The notes: a model not told the origin generated them from the sequence alone. Counted from the first letter of the stretch, positions 34,404 to 43,647 are shown. The stretch: DNA of 64,000 bases from Anaerolineales bacterium (GCA_030680795.1 JAUXUL010000036.1:16766-80765), one strand, 5' to 3'. A program made the numbers and translations.

Positions 34404-35522
34404 TTGAAAATCCTCTATTTTTCCCTCGATTACTCCACACACGACTATCGCTTTCTGAAATCCATTTCGGAGGGCGGGCATGAGGTGTTCTTTGTTCAAC
34501 TGGAGGGGAATGCACGCCAGGTGGAGAGTCGCCCTGTGCCGCCGAATGTTCAGCAGGTGATATGGAAGGGAGGACGCGAGCCGTTCCGATGGGGAAGTCT
34601 CCTCAAGTTGACCTTCGACTTTCGACGTTTGACCAACGAGATCAAACCTGACCTCATCCATGCTGGTCCCATTCAAACCTGTGCATTCATAGCTGTGTTA
34701 AGTGGATTTCGTCCCATTCTCACCATGTCCTGGGGATTTGATTTGATGGATGATGTGCATAAAAGCAAGTGGATGGAATGGATTACGCGGTACACATTGA
34801 AACGTTCCACTTTCTTTACCAGTGATGCGAATGTGACGCGCGATATGGCTGTGAAGTATGGAATGAACCCCGAGAAAACTGTTGTCTTCCCATGGGGTGT
34901 TGATCTTGAGCACTTTTCTCCGACGATAGACTATCAACCATCAACCATGGTCAATCGTCCCTCGTCCGCGGTCACGCTCTTCTGCAATCGCTCCTGGGAA
35001 ACCCGTTACGGCGTGGATGTTCTTGCGCGGGCGTTCGTCAAAGTGGCGGGGCAAAATGAAAACATAGATTTGATTCTATTAAGCGGCGGCTCGCAAAATA
35101 CGAACATCCGTAGGATATTGCAAAGCGGGAGCGTGCTGGATAAAGTCACATTTGGCGGGCAGGTTTCACAAACCGATCTGCCGCGCTGGTATCATATGGC
35201 TGACCTGTATATCTCCCCTTCCCACGTGGATGGTTCGTCCGTTTCATTGATGGAAGCACTGGCTTGTGGCTTGCCATGCTTGGTCTCTGATATTCCCGCC
35301 AACAAGGAATGGGTTGTTGAAAATGAAAACGGCTGGTTGTTTCATGATGGCGACGCAGATCATCTCGCTGAAAAGATACTGGCGGCGATCTCTCAAAGGG
35401 AGGAACTGCCCAAGATCGGCCGGGCAAGTCGCAGGTCCGCTGAGATGCGTGCGGATTGGAAAAAGAATGCCGAAGCGCTGATGAATGTCTATCGAAGTCT
35501 CGGAGAAAAAAATGCTCAATAA
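34404..35522 (+). CDS. GT4-family glycosyltransferase (Glycos_transf_1)
   Basis: TTG start. DGSSVSLMEALACGLPCLVSDIPANKEWVVENENGWLF. Confidence 0.75.
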   Translation: MKILYFSLDYSTHDYRFLKSISEGGHEVFFVQLEGNARQVESRPVPPNVQQVIWKGGREPFRWGSLLKLTFDFRRLTNEIKPDLIHAGPIQTCAFIAVLSGFRPILTMSWGFDLMDDVHKSKWMEWITRYTLKRSTFFTSDANVTRDMAVKYGMNPEKTVVFPWGVDLEHFSPTIDYQPSTMVNRPSSAVTLFCNRSWETRYGVDVLARAFVKVAGQNENIDLILLSGGSQNTNIRRILQSGSVLDKVTFGGQVSQTDLPRWYHMADLYISPSHVDGSSVSLMEALACGLPCLVSDIPANKEWVVENENGWLFHDGDADHLAEKILAAISQREELPKIGRASRRSAEMRADWKKNAEALMNVYRSLGEKNAQ

Positions 35523-36270
35523 AAAAGATTTGTTAAATGGTTTTGGAAAAATAAATATCCGAAGTGATACGATTGTTGTACATACGTCATATAAATCATT
35601 GGGCGGTGTGGAGGGCGGCGCGGATACGGTAATTGATGTGATGCGCGAGCTGGTTGGGCCGAGCGGTACGGTAATGTTCCCGGCATTCAATTTTCAATCG
35701 TGGACGGAGACGCATTATTTTGACGTGATCGAGACGCCGTCGAAGATGGGCATGATCACAGAGATGGCGCGTCTCAAACCTGACGCAAAGCGGACTCCGC
35801 ATCCGATTTACAGTTTCTCCGTTTTGGGTGCGCGCGCGGATGAATTTTCTAAGGCTGATGATGTCGAGGCGTACGGTCCGAACTCTGCGTTTGCATTGTT
35901 CCATAAATTGAATGCGACCTTGATCAGCATTGGTCTCGATTTTAATAATACATTTTCGATGCATCATTATATTGAATACAATACAGGCTGTGATTATCGC
36001 CGCGTGAAGGAATTCGCAGGCATTTACATGGGCTATGACCGCAAGCCGCAGATCAAGACCTATTCGATGTTCGTGCGCAATCATGACCGTGTGAAGACTT
36101 ACATCGTGCCAGGCATGAACGATTTGCTTCACGCAGGTGTGATCAAGGAAATTCAAGTGGGCGCAGCAAAAGTCCATTACCTGACCGCGAATGAGTTTTT
36201 TGATAATATGTCTGTTATTGTGCGCGAGCACCCTGAGAAATTGCATTATATTGAAGAGCCGAAGTATTAA
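35512..36270 (+). CDS. AAC(3)-family N-acetyltransferase (Antibiotic_NAT fold)
   Basis: IVVHTSYKSLGGVEGGADTVIDVMRELVGPSGTVMFPAFNF...HPIYSF. 11-nt overlap with the upstream GT. Confidence 0.7.
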   Translation: MLNKKDLLNGFGKINIRSDTIVVHTSYKSLGGVEGGADTVIDVMRELVGPSGTVMFPAFNFQSWTETHYFDVIETPSKMGMITEMARLKPDAKRTPHPIYSFSVLGARADEFSKADDVEAYGPNSAFALFHKLNATLISIGLDFNNTFSMHHYIEYNTGCDYRRVKEFAGIYMGYDRKPQIKTYSMFVRNHDRVKTYIVPGMNDLLHAGVIKEIQVGAAKVHYLTANEFFDNMSVIVREHPEKLHYIEEPKY

Positions 36271-36343
36271 CCCTCACCCTGTCCCTCTCCCGAAGGGAGA
36301 TGGAACTTAAGGGAAAACCTCCGTTTATTAAGGTGAATTAACC

Positions 36344-37669
36344 ATGAAACCCTACACATCCCTCAAATCCATTCTCGCTGAGTTTTATCCGCTTCACCGA
36401 ACCCTGGCTTCCGATGATCAAGACAAGACCCTTGAAATCATCGGCTCCTACATGCCTGATTCATCCAACTACACAATTGAAACTTATAAACCTCTTGTAC
36501 AGGCATGGACATGGAAAGTGCCCGAACGATTTGTCGTCCATGAGGCTTTTCTTGAAATTGAAGGCGGTGAGCGTGTGGTGGATTTCAAGAATAATCCGCT
36601 TCATATTGTTTCGTATTCCTTGCCGGTAGATAAAACACTCACATTTGAAGAACTCCAGCCCCACTTGCATTTCAACGAAAAACGTCCGCACGCAATTCCG
36701 TGGGTGTTCAAGTATTATGACCGTGTGTGGGGATTCTGTTTGGCCAAGACTGTATTTGATAAACTCCCGCGCGACAAAAAATATCGCGTAGTTATCAAGT
36801 CTGAATTTGTCACCGACCCGAAACAAGGCTTCAAGGTGGCTACGGCTGTAGTCCACCCTGATGGAGGACCCAACCCTGAAGCGGGTGAGATCGTTATTCA
36901 GGCGCACACTTGTCATCCCATGCAAGCCAATGACGACGGCGCGGGCGTGGTCAGCGCCATTGATCTGGCGCGGCGGCTTGCTGAAAAGCCCTTGCCCGCT
37001 GGCTCGATGAGTGTCCGCTTTTGGTTTGGGCCTGAGACGATTGGTACGATTGTTTATCTCTCACATAATGAACATCTCATCCAGAATATGCGTGGAAGTA
37101 TTTTTATGGAGATGACGGGCAATAAAAATAAAATCGCCTGGCATCATACCCGCCAACACAATCATGTGTTGGATCGCATTGCAGGCTCCGTTGTAAAAAA
37201 TACCCAGCACGAAGAAAGATTTTTTGCAGATTACCCGCCGAACGACGAGCGCGTGATGAATGGACCCGGAGTTAATATCCCCAGCATTTCCATCAATCGC
37301 TGGCCTTATAATGAATACCACACCAGCGATGACAATCTCGACATTATCCATGACGACATGTTAAGCGGCGCGGCTGAAATCGCGGAGCAGGTTGTGCGCA
37401 TCTTTGCCACAAACTACATTCCGAAGCGAACGTTCCGAGGACCGGTATTTCTCAGCGGCAATGGTCTGTGGGTGGATTGGCATGAAAACTTTGCCCTCAA
37501 TCGTGCCATTGAAAAAATCATGATGCGTTTTGAAGGCGAGCACACTGTCTTCGACATCGCCGAACAGGTTGGACTCGATTACTGGATGGTGCGCGATTAC
37601 GTCGAAAAATTCCGCAAAAAGGGGTTTGTGACTCCCTTGCCGATTCCTTCTGAGGCGCAATCTGCGTAA
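36344..37669 (+). CDS. Aminopeptidase-like (M28-like, DUF2172/DUF4910-type) protein with C-terminal winged-helix domain
   Basis: 441 aa. FYPLHRTLASDDQDKTLEII, IQAHTCHPMQANDDGAGVVSAIDLARRL. C-terminal FDIAEQVGLDYWMVRDYVEKFRKKGFV. Confidence 0.65.
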   Translation: MKPYTSLKSILAEFYPLHRTLASDDQDKTLEIIGSYMPDSSNYTIETYKPLVQAWTWKVPERFVVHEAFLEIEGGERVVDFKNNPLHIVSYSLPVDKTLTFEELQPHLHFNEKRPHAIPWVFKYYDRVWGFCLAKTVFDKLPRDKKYRVVIKSEFVTDPKQGFKVATAVVHPDGGPNPEAGEIVIQAHTCHPMQANDDGAGVVSAIDLARRLAEKPLPAGSMSVRFWFGPETIGTIVYLSHNEHLIQNMRGSIFMEMTGNKNKIAWHHTRQHNHVLDRIAGSVVKNTQHEERFFADYPPNDERVMNGPGVNIPSISINRWPYNEYHTSDDNLDIIHDDMLSGAAEIAEQVVRIFATNYIPKRTFRGPVFLSGNGLWVDWHENFALNRAIEKIMMRFEGEHTVFDIAEQVGLDYWMVRDYVEKFRKKGFVTPLPIPSEAQSA

Positions 37670-37679
37670 GGACATACTA

Positions 37680-37708
37680 GGGACACAGCACCGCTGTGTC
37701 CCTACAAT
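37680..37708 (+). promoter_or_regulatory. 10-bp-stem hairpin followed by TACAAT, 6 nt before the start codon
   Basis: GGGACACAGC-ACC-GCTGTGTCCC (37680-37702), TACAAT 37703-37708, ATG 37715. Parallel arrangement at 55132-55190. Confidence 0.45.
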
Positions 37709-37714
37709 AAAAAT

Positions 37715-38560
37715 ATGAGACCAAAAATCGTTGCCATCATTCAAGGACGCATGAGTTCTTCCCGTTTACCTGGGAAGATTCTCGCAGACATCGCGGGGCA
37801 GCCCATGTTACAGCGCGTCTTCATTCGGACTTCGCGGTCTGCCACAGTTACCGAAACCATTTTCGCCACGACGACTGACTCCACTGACGACCCTGTGGCT
37901 GAGTACTGCGACTTTAGCGGAATCCCATTCACACGCGGCAGTCAATTCGATGTGCTTGACCGTTATTATCAAACCGCGTTACAAGCCAAAGCGGATGTTG
38001 TAGTCCGCATCACGGCTGATTGTCCCGTAATTGACCCTGATTTGATCGATGATGTAGTGAAAACGTTACTCGGTGAATCGGGACGCTTCGCGGGGAATTG
38101 GGAATCGGAATTCGATTTTGTTGCCAATCGTCTTCCTCCACCTTGGAATCGAACCTATCCCATTGGCTTGGATGTGGAAGCCTGCACATTTAAGATATTA
38201 AATAAGGCATGGAAGGAAGCCAATGAACCGCAGCACCGCGAACACGTTATGCCTTACTTTTACGAAGGTGTAAAACTGATTACTGATAACCGATCACTGA
38301 AAACTGGTACCTCCCCACGCGGATTCAAAGTTGCCCTCCTCCATCACACCACCGATTTCGGCGATTACCGCTGGACAGTGGACACTCCTGAAGATCTTGA
38401 ATTTTTGCGCCAGGTCTACGCCCGTTTCTATGGGCGTGATGATTTCACATGGAAAGAAATGCTCGACTTGGTTCATGATGAGCCCAAGTTGATGGAGATC
38501 AACGCAAGCGTGAAACACAAGACATTGAAGGATATTGATAAGAGGGCTTTGAAGCGTTAG
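37715..38560 (+). CDS. Acylneuraminate cytidylyltransferase family, SpsF/PseF-like
   Basis: 281 aa. IVAIIQGRMSSSRLPGKILADIAGQPML. Confidence 0.75.
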   Translation: MRPKIVAIIQGRMSSSRLPGKILADIAGQPMLQRVFIRTSRSATVTETIFATTTDSTDDPVAEYCDFSGIPFTRGSQFDVLDRYYQTALQAKADVVVRITADCPVIDPDLIDDVVKTLLGESGRFAGNWESEFDFVANRLPPPWNRTYPIGLDVEACTFKILNKAWKEANEPQHREHVMPYFYEGVKLITDNRSLKTGTSPRGFKVALLHHTTDFGDYRWTVDTPEDLEFLRQVYARFYGRDDFTWKEMLDLVHDEPKLMEINASVKHKTLKDIDKRALKR

Positions 38561-38603
38561 AAAGTTGGAAAGTTTGAACGTTGAAACGTTAAAACTTGTA
38601 AAC

Positions 38604-39581
38604 ATGCAAACAATGACCATGCCACTGATCACATTATTCTCCGCCCCCAAACCCTTCACCGATCCGCACATCGCGATGATCCAACGCAACGCGATCCGCT
38701 CATGGATTCTGCTCCCTGATGTCGAAGTCATCCTACTCGGCGAAGAAGAAGGACTTGCCCAAGTTGCGAAAGAACTTGGAGTGAAGCATTTACCCAACGT
38801 TGCCTGCAATGACAGCGGCACGCCGTTGATCTCGTCCATGTTTCAACTCGCGCGTGACGCTAGTCAACGCAGCAACAGTGACCTGCTCTGCATCATCAAC
38901 GCGGACATGATCCTCATGCCTGATTTCGTTGAAGCCGCGAAGCAGGTTTTATATCTGGAGTCCGACAGCTTGCTGTCGAAAAAGCAGGAGCAAGCTCCTG
39001 CACTCCAGAAATTCGTTCTCCTCAGCCAACGCTGGGATTATGAAATTGCAACCCAGCTTGATTTCACCGAAGGGTGGGAATCGAGGCTGTGGGAATCTGT
39101 CAGAAAACAAAATCAGCTTCACCGTCCCGCGGGAAGCGATTTTTTCCTTTTTCCAAAATCCTGTTATCAAGATATTCCCGATTTAATAATTGGAAGGGCA
39201 GGCTGGGACAACTGGATGATCTACAAAGCATGCCAGGAAAAATGGCCTGTGATTGACTGCACGCCATCGGTCATGATCGTGCATCAGAACCACGATTACA
39301 GTCATCTACCCGGAGCGAAGCCTCATTATGAACATCCCGAAACCAACGAAAATATTCGTCTCGCGGGCGGACAAGCTAACATCCGCTACACGATTCTGGA
39401 TTCGACGCACCAATTGGTGAATGGTAAACTTTCCCGCCCGAAGATGACATCGGTACGTTTTACACGGAAGTTCGAATTATTTCTTCGCTTGATCTTCTTC
39501 TTCTTGCCAGAAAATATGATTGAAAATATTGCCCGCCCAAAGCGATGGAAAAAGCGAATCGCCAAGCTTTTCAAATCGTAA
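38604..39581 (+). CDS. Hypothetical protein, possibly GT-A-fold glycosyltransferase-like
   Basis: ORF 38565-39581, ATG 38604. ITLFSAPKPF...LCIINADMILMPDF (DxD-like). No family confidently recognised. Confidence 0.35.
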   Translation: MQTMTMPLITLFSAPKPFTDPHIAMIQRNAIRSWILLPDVEVILLGEEEGLAQVAKELGVKHLPNVACNDSGTPLISSMFQLARDASQRSNSDLLCIINADMILMPDFVEAAKQVLYLESDSLLSKKQEQAPALQKFVLLSQRWDYEIATQLDFTEGWESRLWESVRKQNQLHRPAGSDFFLFPKSCYQDIPDLIIGRAGWDNWMIYKACQEKWPVIDCTPSVMIVHQNHDYSHLPGAKPHYEHPETNENIRLAGGQANIRYTILDSTHQLVNGKLSRPKMTSVRFTRKFELFLRLIFFFLPENMIENIARPKRWKKRIAKLFKS

Positions 39582-39610
39582 ATCCAAAATCTGAAATCGG
39601 AAATCGCCAC

Positions 39611-40558
39611 ATGCGTAAAGGCCAAAACCCCGCCAAGTTCGTCAAAGACGTCCCCCGCCCACAGCGGATCACCGTTGCGCTGTTGAATTACATCCCCTTC
39701 CTGAGCGGATTCTTCGCCGAGACTCTCGATGTGCTGAAAGTCTCGCTCGAGTCCATGCGCAAGGATGCGGGTTTGCCGTTCGACCTGATGGTCTTTGACA
39801 ATGGCTCCTGTGCCGAAGTGCGCGAGTTCCTTGTGAAAGAAAAAGACGAAGGGCGAATTCAATATTTGATCTTTTCCGAAAAAAATATGGGTAAAGGTGG
39901 CGCATGGAACGTCATGCTGACAGGCGCGCCTGGTGAGATTATTGCCTACACCGATGCCGATGTTTTGTTTTCCCCAAATTGGCTTTCGCGTTCTGTGGAA
40001 ATTCTTGAAATCTTCCCCAACGTTGGCATGGTGACCGCGCGTCCCTTCCGCACGCCACCTGAATTTTACGAATCGACTCTCAAGTGGGCGCGAGAAAATG
40101 CAAAACTCGAAGATGGACAATTCATTCCATGGGATACATTCCTTGAGTTCAATCTCTCGCTCGGGCAGACTGAGGAAGAGAATAAAAAAGTCTATGCAGA
40201 GACAAAAGACTGGCGCATTCAATACAAAGGTGTGACCGCGCTCGCGGGCGCATCGCATTGGCAGTTTACGGCGTACAAATCCACACTTCAGCAGTTCCTG
40301 CCCTTTGACATGGACAAGCCGATGGGCCAGGTCCGCCAATTGGACAAGCGCATGAACGACGCGGGCTTGCTGCGCCTGATGGTCTCCGACCCGCTGGCGA
40401 TGAATATGTCCAATACGCTGGGGTATTTGCGCGGGGAACTCAAAGGCGGCGAGAAAAAGAAACGTGTTTCGTTTGGCAAGCGCGTGTTGGAGTTGGGTCC
40501 GATCAAGAAGATTTTGTTGGCGATGTATAACAGGATATTTACTTGGTATTATTCGTAA
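39611..40558 (+). CDS. GT2-family glycosyltransferase
   Basis: ORF 39545-40558, ATG 39611. ITVALLNYIP...LMVFDNGSCAEV...IAYTDADVLF. Confidence 0.75.
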   Translation: MRKGQNPAKFVKDVPRPQRITVALLNYIPFLSGFFAETLDVLKVSLESMRKDAGLPFDLMVFDNGSCAEVREFLVKEKDEGRIQYLIFSEKNMGKGGAWNVMLTGAPGEIIAYTDADVLFSPNWLSRSVEILEIFPNVGMVTARPFRTPPEFYESTLKWARENAKLEDGQFIPWDTFLEFNLSLGQTEEENKKVYAETKDWRIQYKGVTALAGASHWQFTAYKSTLQQFLPFDMDKPMGQVRQLDKRMNDAGLLRLMVSDPLAMNMSNTLGYLRGELKGGEKKKRVSFGKRVLELGPIKKILLAMYNRIFTWYYS

Positions 40559-40571
40559 TAGTAGCAACCCC

Positions 40572-40696
40572 GCTGGTTGAGTAGGGCGGGTGTTTTTCCC
40601 GCCCGTATCGAAACCAGCAATGACAAGTAAACTTGAAATTCAGATGTGTGGTTTCGATACGCCCTTCGCAAAGAACGCTCAGGGCTACTCAACCAC
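40572..40696. repeat. Two copies (direct 40572-40616, inverted 40647-40696) of hairpin element family C
   Basis: CTGGTTGAGTAGGGCGGG...CCCGCCCGTATCGAAACCAG, and GTGGTTTCGATACGCCC...GGGCTACTCAACCAC. Confidence 0.7.
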
Positions 40697-40716
40697 CGTA
40701 TGGGACAAGAGTTTTT

Positions 40717-41046
40717 ATGGCATGGATGTATATTCTCGAATGTTGTGACGGCTCATATTACGTCGGCTCAACCAAAGACCTGAAACGACGCATGTCTCAA
40801 CATCAGGATGGGATTGGCTCAAACTACACTTCTAAGCGATTGCCAGTGAAACTGGTTTATTGTGAAGAATATGACCACGTTGCCGACGCATTTTATAGAG
40901 AGAAACAAGTCCAAGGTTGGACTCGGCGCAAGCGCGAAGCCTTGATTAACGGCACTCCAGAACTTTTGCCTGCCCTTGCGAAAAAGGTTTTTGATAGAAG
41001 TAAAATTGAAAAAGATAATTTGATAGATGACGAACTCGGTGGTTGA
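40717..41046 (+). CDS. Stand-alone GIY-YIG nuclease family protein
   Basis: ORF 40633-41046 (the 5' part reads through repeat C). MYILECCDGSYYVGSTKDLKRRMSQHQ...YTSKRLPVKLVY.E......A..REKQVQGWTRRKREALI. Confidence 0.8.
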   Translation: MAWMYILECCDGSYYVGSTKDLKRRMSQHQDGIGSNYTSKRLPVKLVYCEEYDHVADAFYREKQVQGWTRRKREALINGTPELLPALAKKVFDRSKIEKDNLIDDELGG

Positions 41047-41083
41047 GTAGCCCCGTGTTCGTCGGGGCGTATCGAAACCACCA
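41038..41083. repeat. Hairpin element family C, third copy, overlapping the GIY-YIG stop codon
   Basis: GGTGGTTGAGTAGCCCCG...CGGGGCGTATCGAAACCACC. Confidence 0.7.
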
Positions 41084-41088
41084 GTAAC

Positions 41089-41143
41089 CAAGAAGATTTT
41101 GTTAGCGGTGTATAACAAGATTTTCAGTTGGTATTATTCTTAA
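41089..41143 (+). other. Orphan diverged duplicate of the last 55 nt (including stop) of the GT2 gene at 39611-40558
   Basis: Compare 40504-40558. Encodes KKILLAVYNKIFSWYYS-stop versus KKILLAMYNRIFTWYYS-stop. About 47 of 55 nt identical by eye. Confidence 0.75.
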
Positions 41144-41189
41144 GCAATCTCGTTTAACTGTGACGGTTTGCTAATAAAGCGAGATCAAA

Positions 41190-42029
41190 ATGGTAAAACG
41201 AAAACGGTCACACTCTATAAAAGACCAATCAACAAAATCATTTCGGGTTAAGCCTGCCAATAAACCCGAAGTAATAGATTATTATCTTACAAGCCCTGAT
41301 GGAAAAGACTGGACAAGACATCCTGGAAATGTAATTGCGATGATACAGGGTCGGAAATTGGAGGATTCTGATCAAGAAATTGACTCAGTAATCGACCCAA
41401 TTGCCGAACTTGCAAAAGAGAAGGAAAATAAACGCTTATCGGAGAAATTGATTGATTGTCGTCACAAGCTTTACGCCGTCAAATATCACCTGTTGTCTAT
41501 AAAAAACGAAATCAAAGAACGCGTTGGAGAGTTTGAAAAGAACTATTCAGCAGGAGCAGGTATAGCGTTTGAAACAGAGAACCCCAGGTTAGTCTATGAG
41601 GCCGAAGCATTTTTGTTTCAAGTAAAAAGTAGTCTTGATATATTAGTGCAAGGGTTGGGGGGCGTTATTCCTCCTCTGAAATCAATGCATTCTTTCAAAA
41701 GTAAAAATATTGATGGAGTTGAACATTCTGGGGGATCCGTTATTACTGCTCTAAAGACAAATGGTTTTGAATCTTTAGGGGAACTTTTTGAGACTCATAG
41801 AGCAGAATGGATTCAAGATTTAGTCGATATGCGCGACACGATTACCCATTACAGTCGCTTGCGCCATTTTCATTGCTTTATAGAAGAGCCCTATATGGGT
41901 GGGAATGAAGTAATTATTCATTATCCTACAATGCCGACAGGCGTGAGAGTTGATGTGTATTGCGAAACTAACTACGAGAAATTATTGCAATTGTATAAAT
42001 CAGTTCTCGCAGCAATAAAAATAGAGTAG
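41190..42029 (+). CDS. Orphan protein with HEPN-like R-x4-H motif
   Basis: 279 aa in a visibly AT-richer segment. Helical; LVDMRDTITHYSRL contains R-D-x3-H. No family recognised with certainty. Confidence 0.4.
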   Translation: MVKRKRSHSIKDQSTKSFRVKPANKPEVIDYYLTSPDGKDWTRHPGNVIAMIQGRKLEDSDQEIDSVIDPIAELAKEKENKRLSEKLIDCRHKLYAVKYHLLSIKNEIKERVGEFEKNYSAGAGIAFETENPRLVYEAEAFLFQVKSSLDILVQGLGGVIPPLKSMHSFKSKNIDGVEHSGGSVITALKTNGFESLGELFETHRAEWIQDLVDMRDTITHYSRLRHFHCFIEEPYMGGNEVIIHYPTMPTGVRVDVYCETNYEKLLQLYKSVLAAIKIE

Positions 42030-42082
42030 TGTCCGTTAAAGTAGAACCAACCCAAAGTTAAGAAAGAAGCGAAATCATTTCA

Positions 42083-43546
42083 GTGACCAAACGTATCTTC
42101 ATCTCCGCCGACCACGGCATGGCAATCATCTACTTCCTGCAAAGCGACGTCGTTCTGACCCTGCTTGCCGCGGGCGTTGAGATCATCGTCCTCACCGACG
42201 ATGACACCAAAGAAAAAATCGCCCAACGTTTTGCAAGACCTGGGCTGGCATTCGAAGGTCTGCGCCTCAAACAGGCGAACGACTACGCCCGCAAAGTCAG
42301 CCCGCGCTGGCAGTGGCTACTCGCCTACCTGCGCCGCGTCGGCGGCTCGCGCCGCATCAACACCGAAGCCATGGACAGCCACATCTGGGAAGTCTGGGCG
42401 GAGAACGGCTGGAAATTCCGTTTGGGCATTTGGATTCCGTCCGCGCTGGCGATTCTGCTCCTGCGGAATTTTTCCTTCGCCCGCAGATTTTTGATTCGAA
42501 TGCAGAACCGCTTCACGCCTGACCCTGGGCTGTATACCGACCTATTTGACAAATACAACCCTGACATGGTCATCGCTTCGACTCCAGGCTGGCGCATGGA
42601 CCGTTACCTCCTGCGCGAATCTGCCCGACGCGGCATCCCGAACATGACCGTCATCGTCGGCTGGGACAATTCATCGTCGTACAACATCTCAGGCGCGGAC
42701 GTGCAGTGGGCGACCTGCTGGTCTGAGTTGCAAAAAGAGGAACTCGTCAAAGGTTCGGATTGGAATCCCGAGCATGTGCATGTGGGCGGCATCCCCTCGT
42801 ATGACGGATATTTTCGCAAGCAATGGCTCATGCCGCGCGACGAATATTTCAAACTACACGGTCTCGACCCCAAGCACAAGTTGATCTCGTACGCTAGCAG
42901 TTTTGTCCATTTTGCGCCGAACTATCCCAACATTGAAGCGCTGGCGAAACTGGTTTCATCTGATTCACTGGCAGAGCCTTCGCAGTTGTTGATCCGTCTG
43001 CATCCGAGTCACTTTCAAGACAAGCCGAAAATCTTTGCCGAAGAACGTCAGCGCGTGTTTGAGTTGGAGAAGAAATATCCGCACGTGCACGTTGTCCAGC
43101 CTGTGGCATTGGGCGGCTCACTCGGCTACTACGGCGGCGAAGACATGGACGAGAAATCGTCCATGATGGCGTATTCGGATGTGGTAGTGACAGTTTATTC
43201 GACCATGCTAGTTGAGACCGCCGTCCACGATACGCCGATGATTGCCGCGACCATTGATGTCCCCAGCGGGTGGAACAAAAAAGGGAAATTCTCTTTATCT
43301 CTGAAAGAGATTGGCGATTGGCCTACGCATCAAAGATTTCGCGAAGCGAAGGCAGGACGTGTTGTTACTACAGAGAATGAGTTGCGCGCTACGTTGAATG
43401 CATATTTGAAGAATCCAGCTCTTGACTATGCCGAACGCAGGAAGTTCGTTGAAGATGAAATCACTTTCACCGATGGAACGTCTGGCAAACGGACTGCTGA
43501 GTTTATTTTGAAAGTACTAGAGAAAATTAACCGCGAAGAGCGCTAA
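42083..43546 (+). CDS. GT-B-fold surface-polysaccharide biosynthesis protein, distant relative of the Capsule_synth-like paralogs
   Basis: GTG start, 487 aa. LLIRLHPSH and DVVVTVYSTMLVETAVHDTPMIA parallel RVHPGE / TTVGLETA in the 28110 protein. Confidence 0.4.
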   Translation: MTKRIFISADHGMAIIYFLQSDVVLTLLAAGVEIIVLTDDDTKEKIAQRFARPGLAFEGLRLKQANDYARKVSPRWQWLLAYLRRVGGSRRINTEAMDSHIWEVWAENGWKFRLGIWIPSALAILLLRNFSFARRFLIRMQNRFTPDPGLYTDLFDKYNPDMVIASTPGWRMDRYLLRESARRGIPNMTVIVGWDNSSSYNISGADVQWATCWSELQKEELVKGSDWNPEHVHVGGIPSYDGYFRKQWLMPRDEYFKLHGLDPKHKLISYASSFVHFAPNYPNIEALAKLVSSDSLAEPSQLLIRLHPSHFQDKPKIFAEERQRVFELEKKYPHVHVVQPVALGGSLGYYGGEDMDEKSSMMAYSDVVVTVYSTMLVETAVHDTPMIAATIDVPSGWNKKGKFSLSLKEIGDWPTHQRFREAKAGRVVTTENELRATLNAYLKNPALDYAERRKFVEDEITFTDGTSGKRTAEFILKVLEKINREER

Positions 43547-43647
43547 GGTCGCGAAGATTTAAGGGCTTTTTCTTGGCGTGCTTAGCGCTTAAAAACATTC
43601 GTGCCTCTTTGTGTTCTTTGTGGTAAAAATGGGTTCTTGGAGAACAA

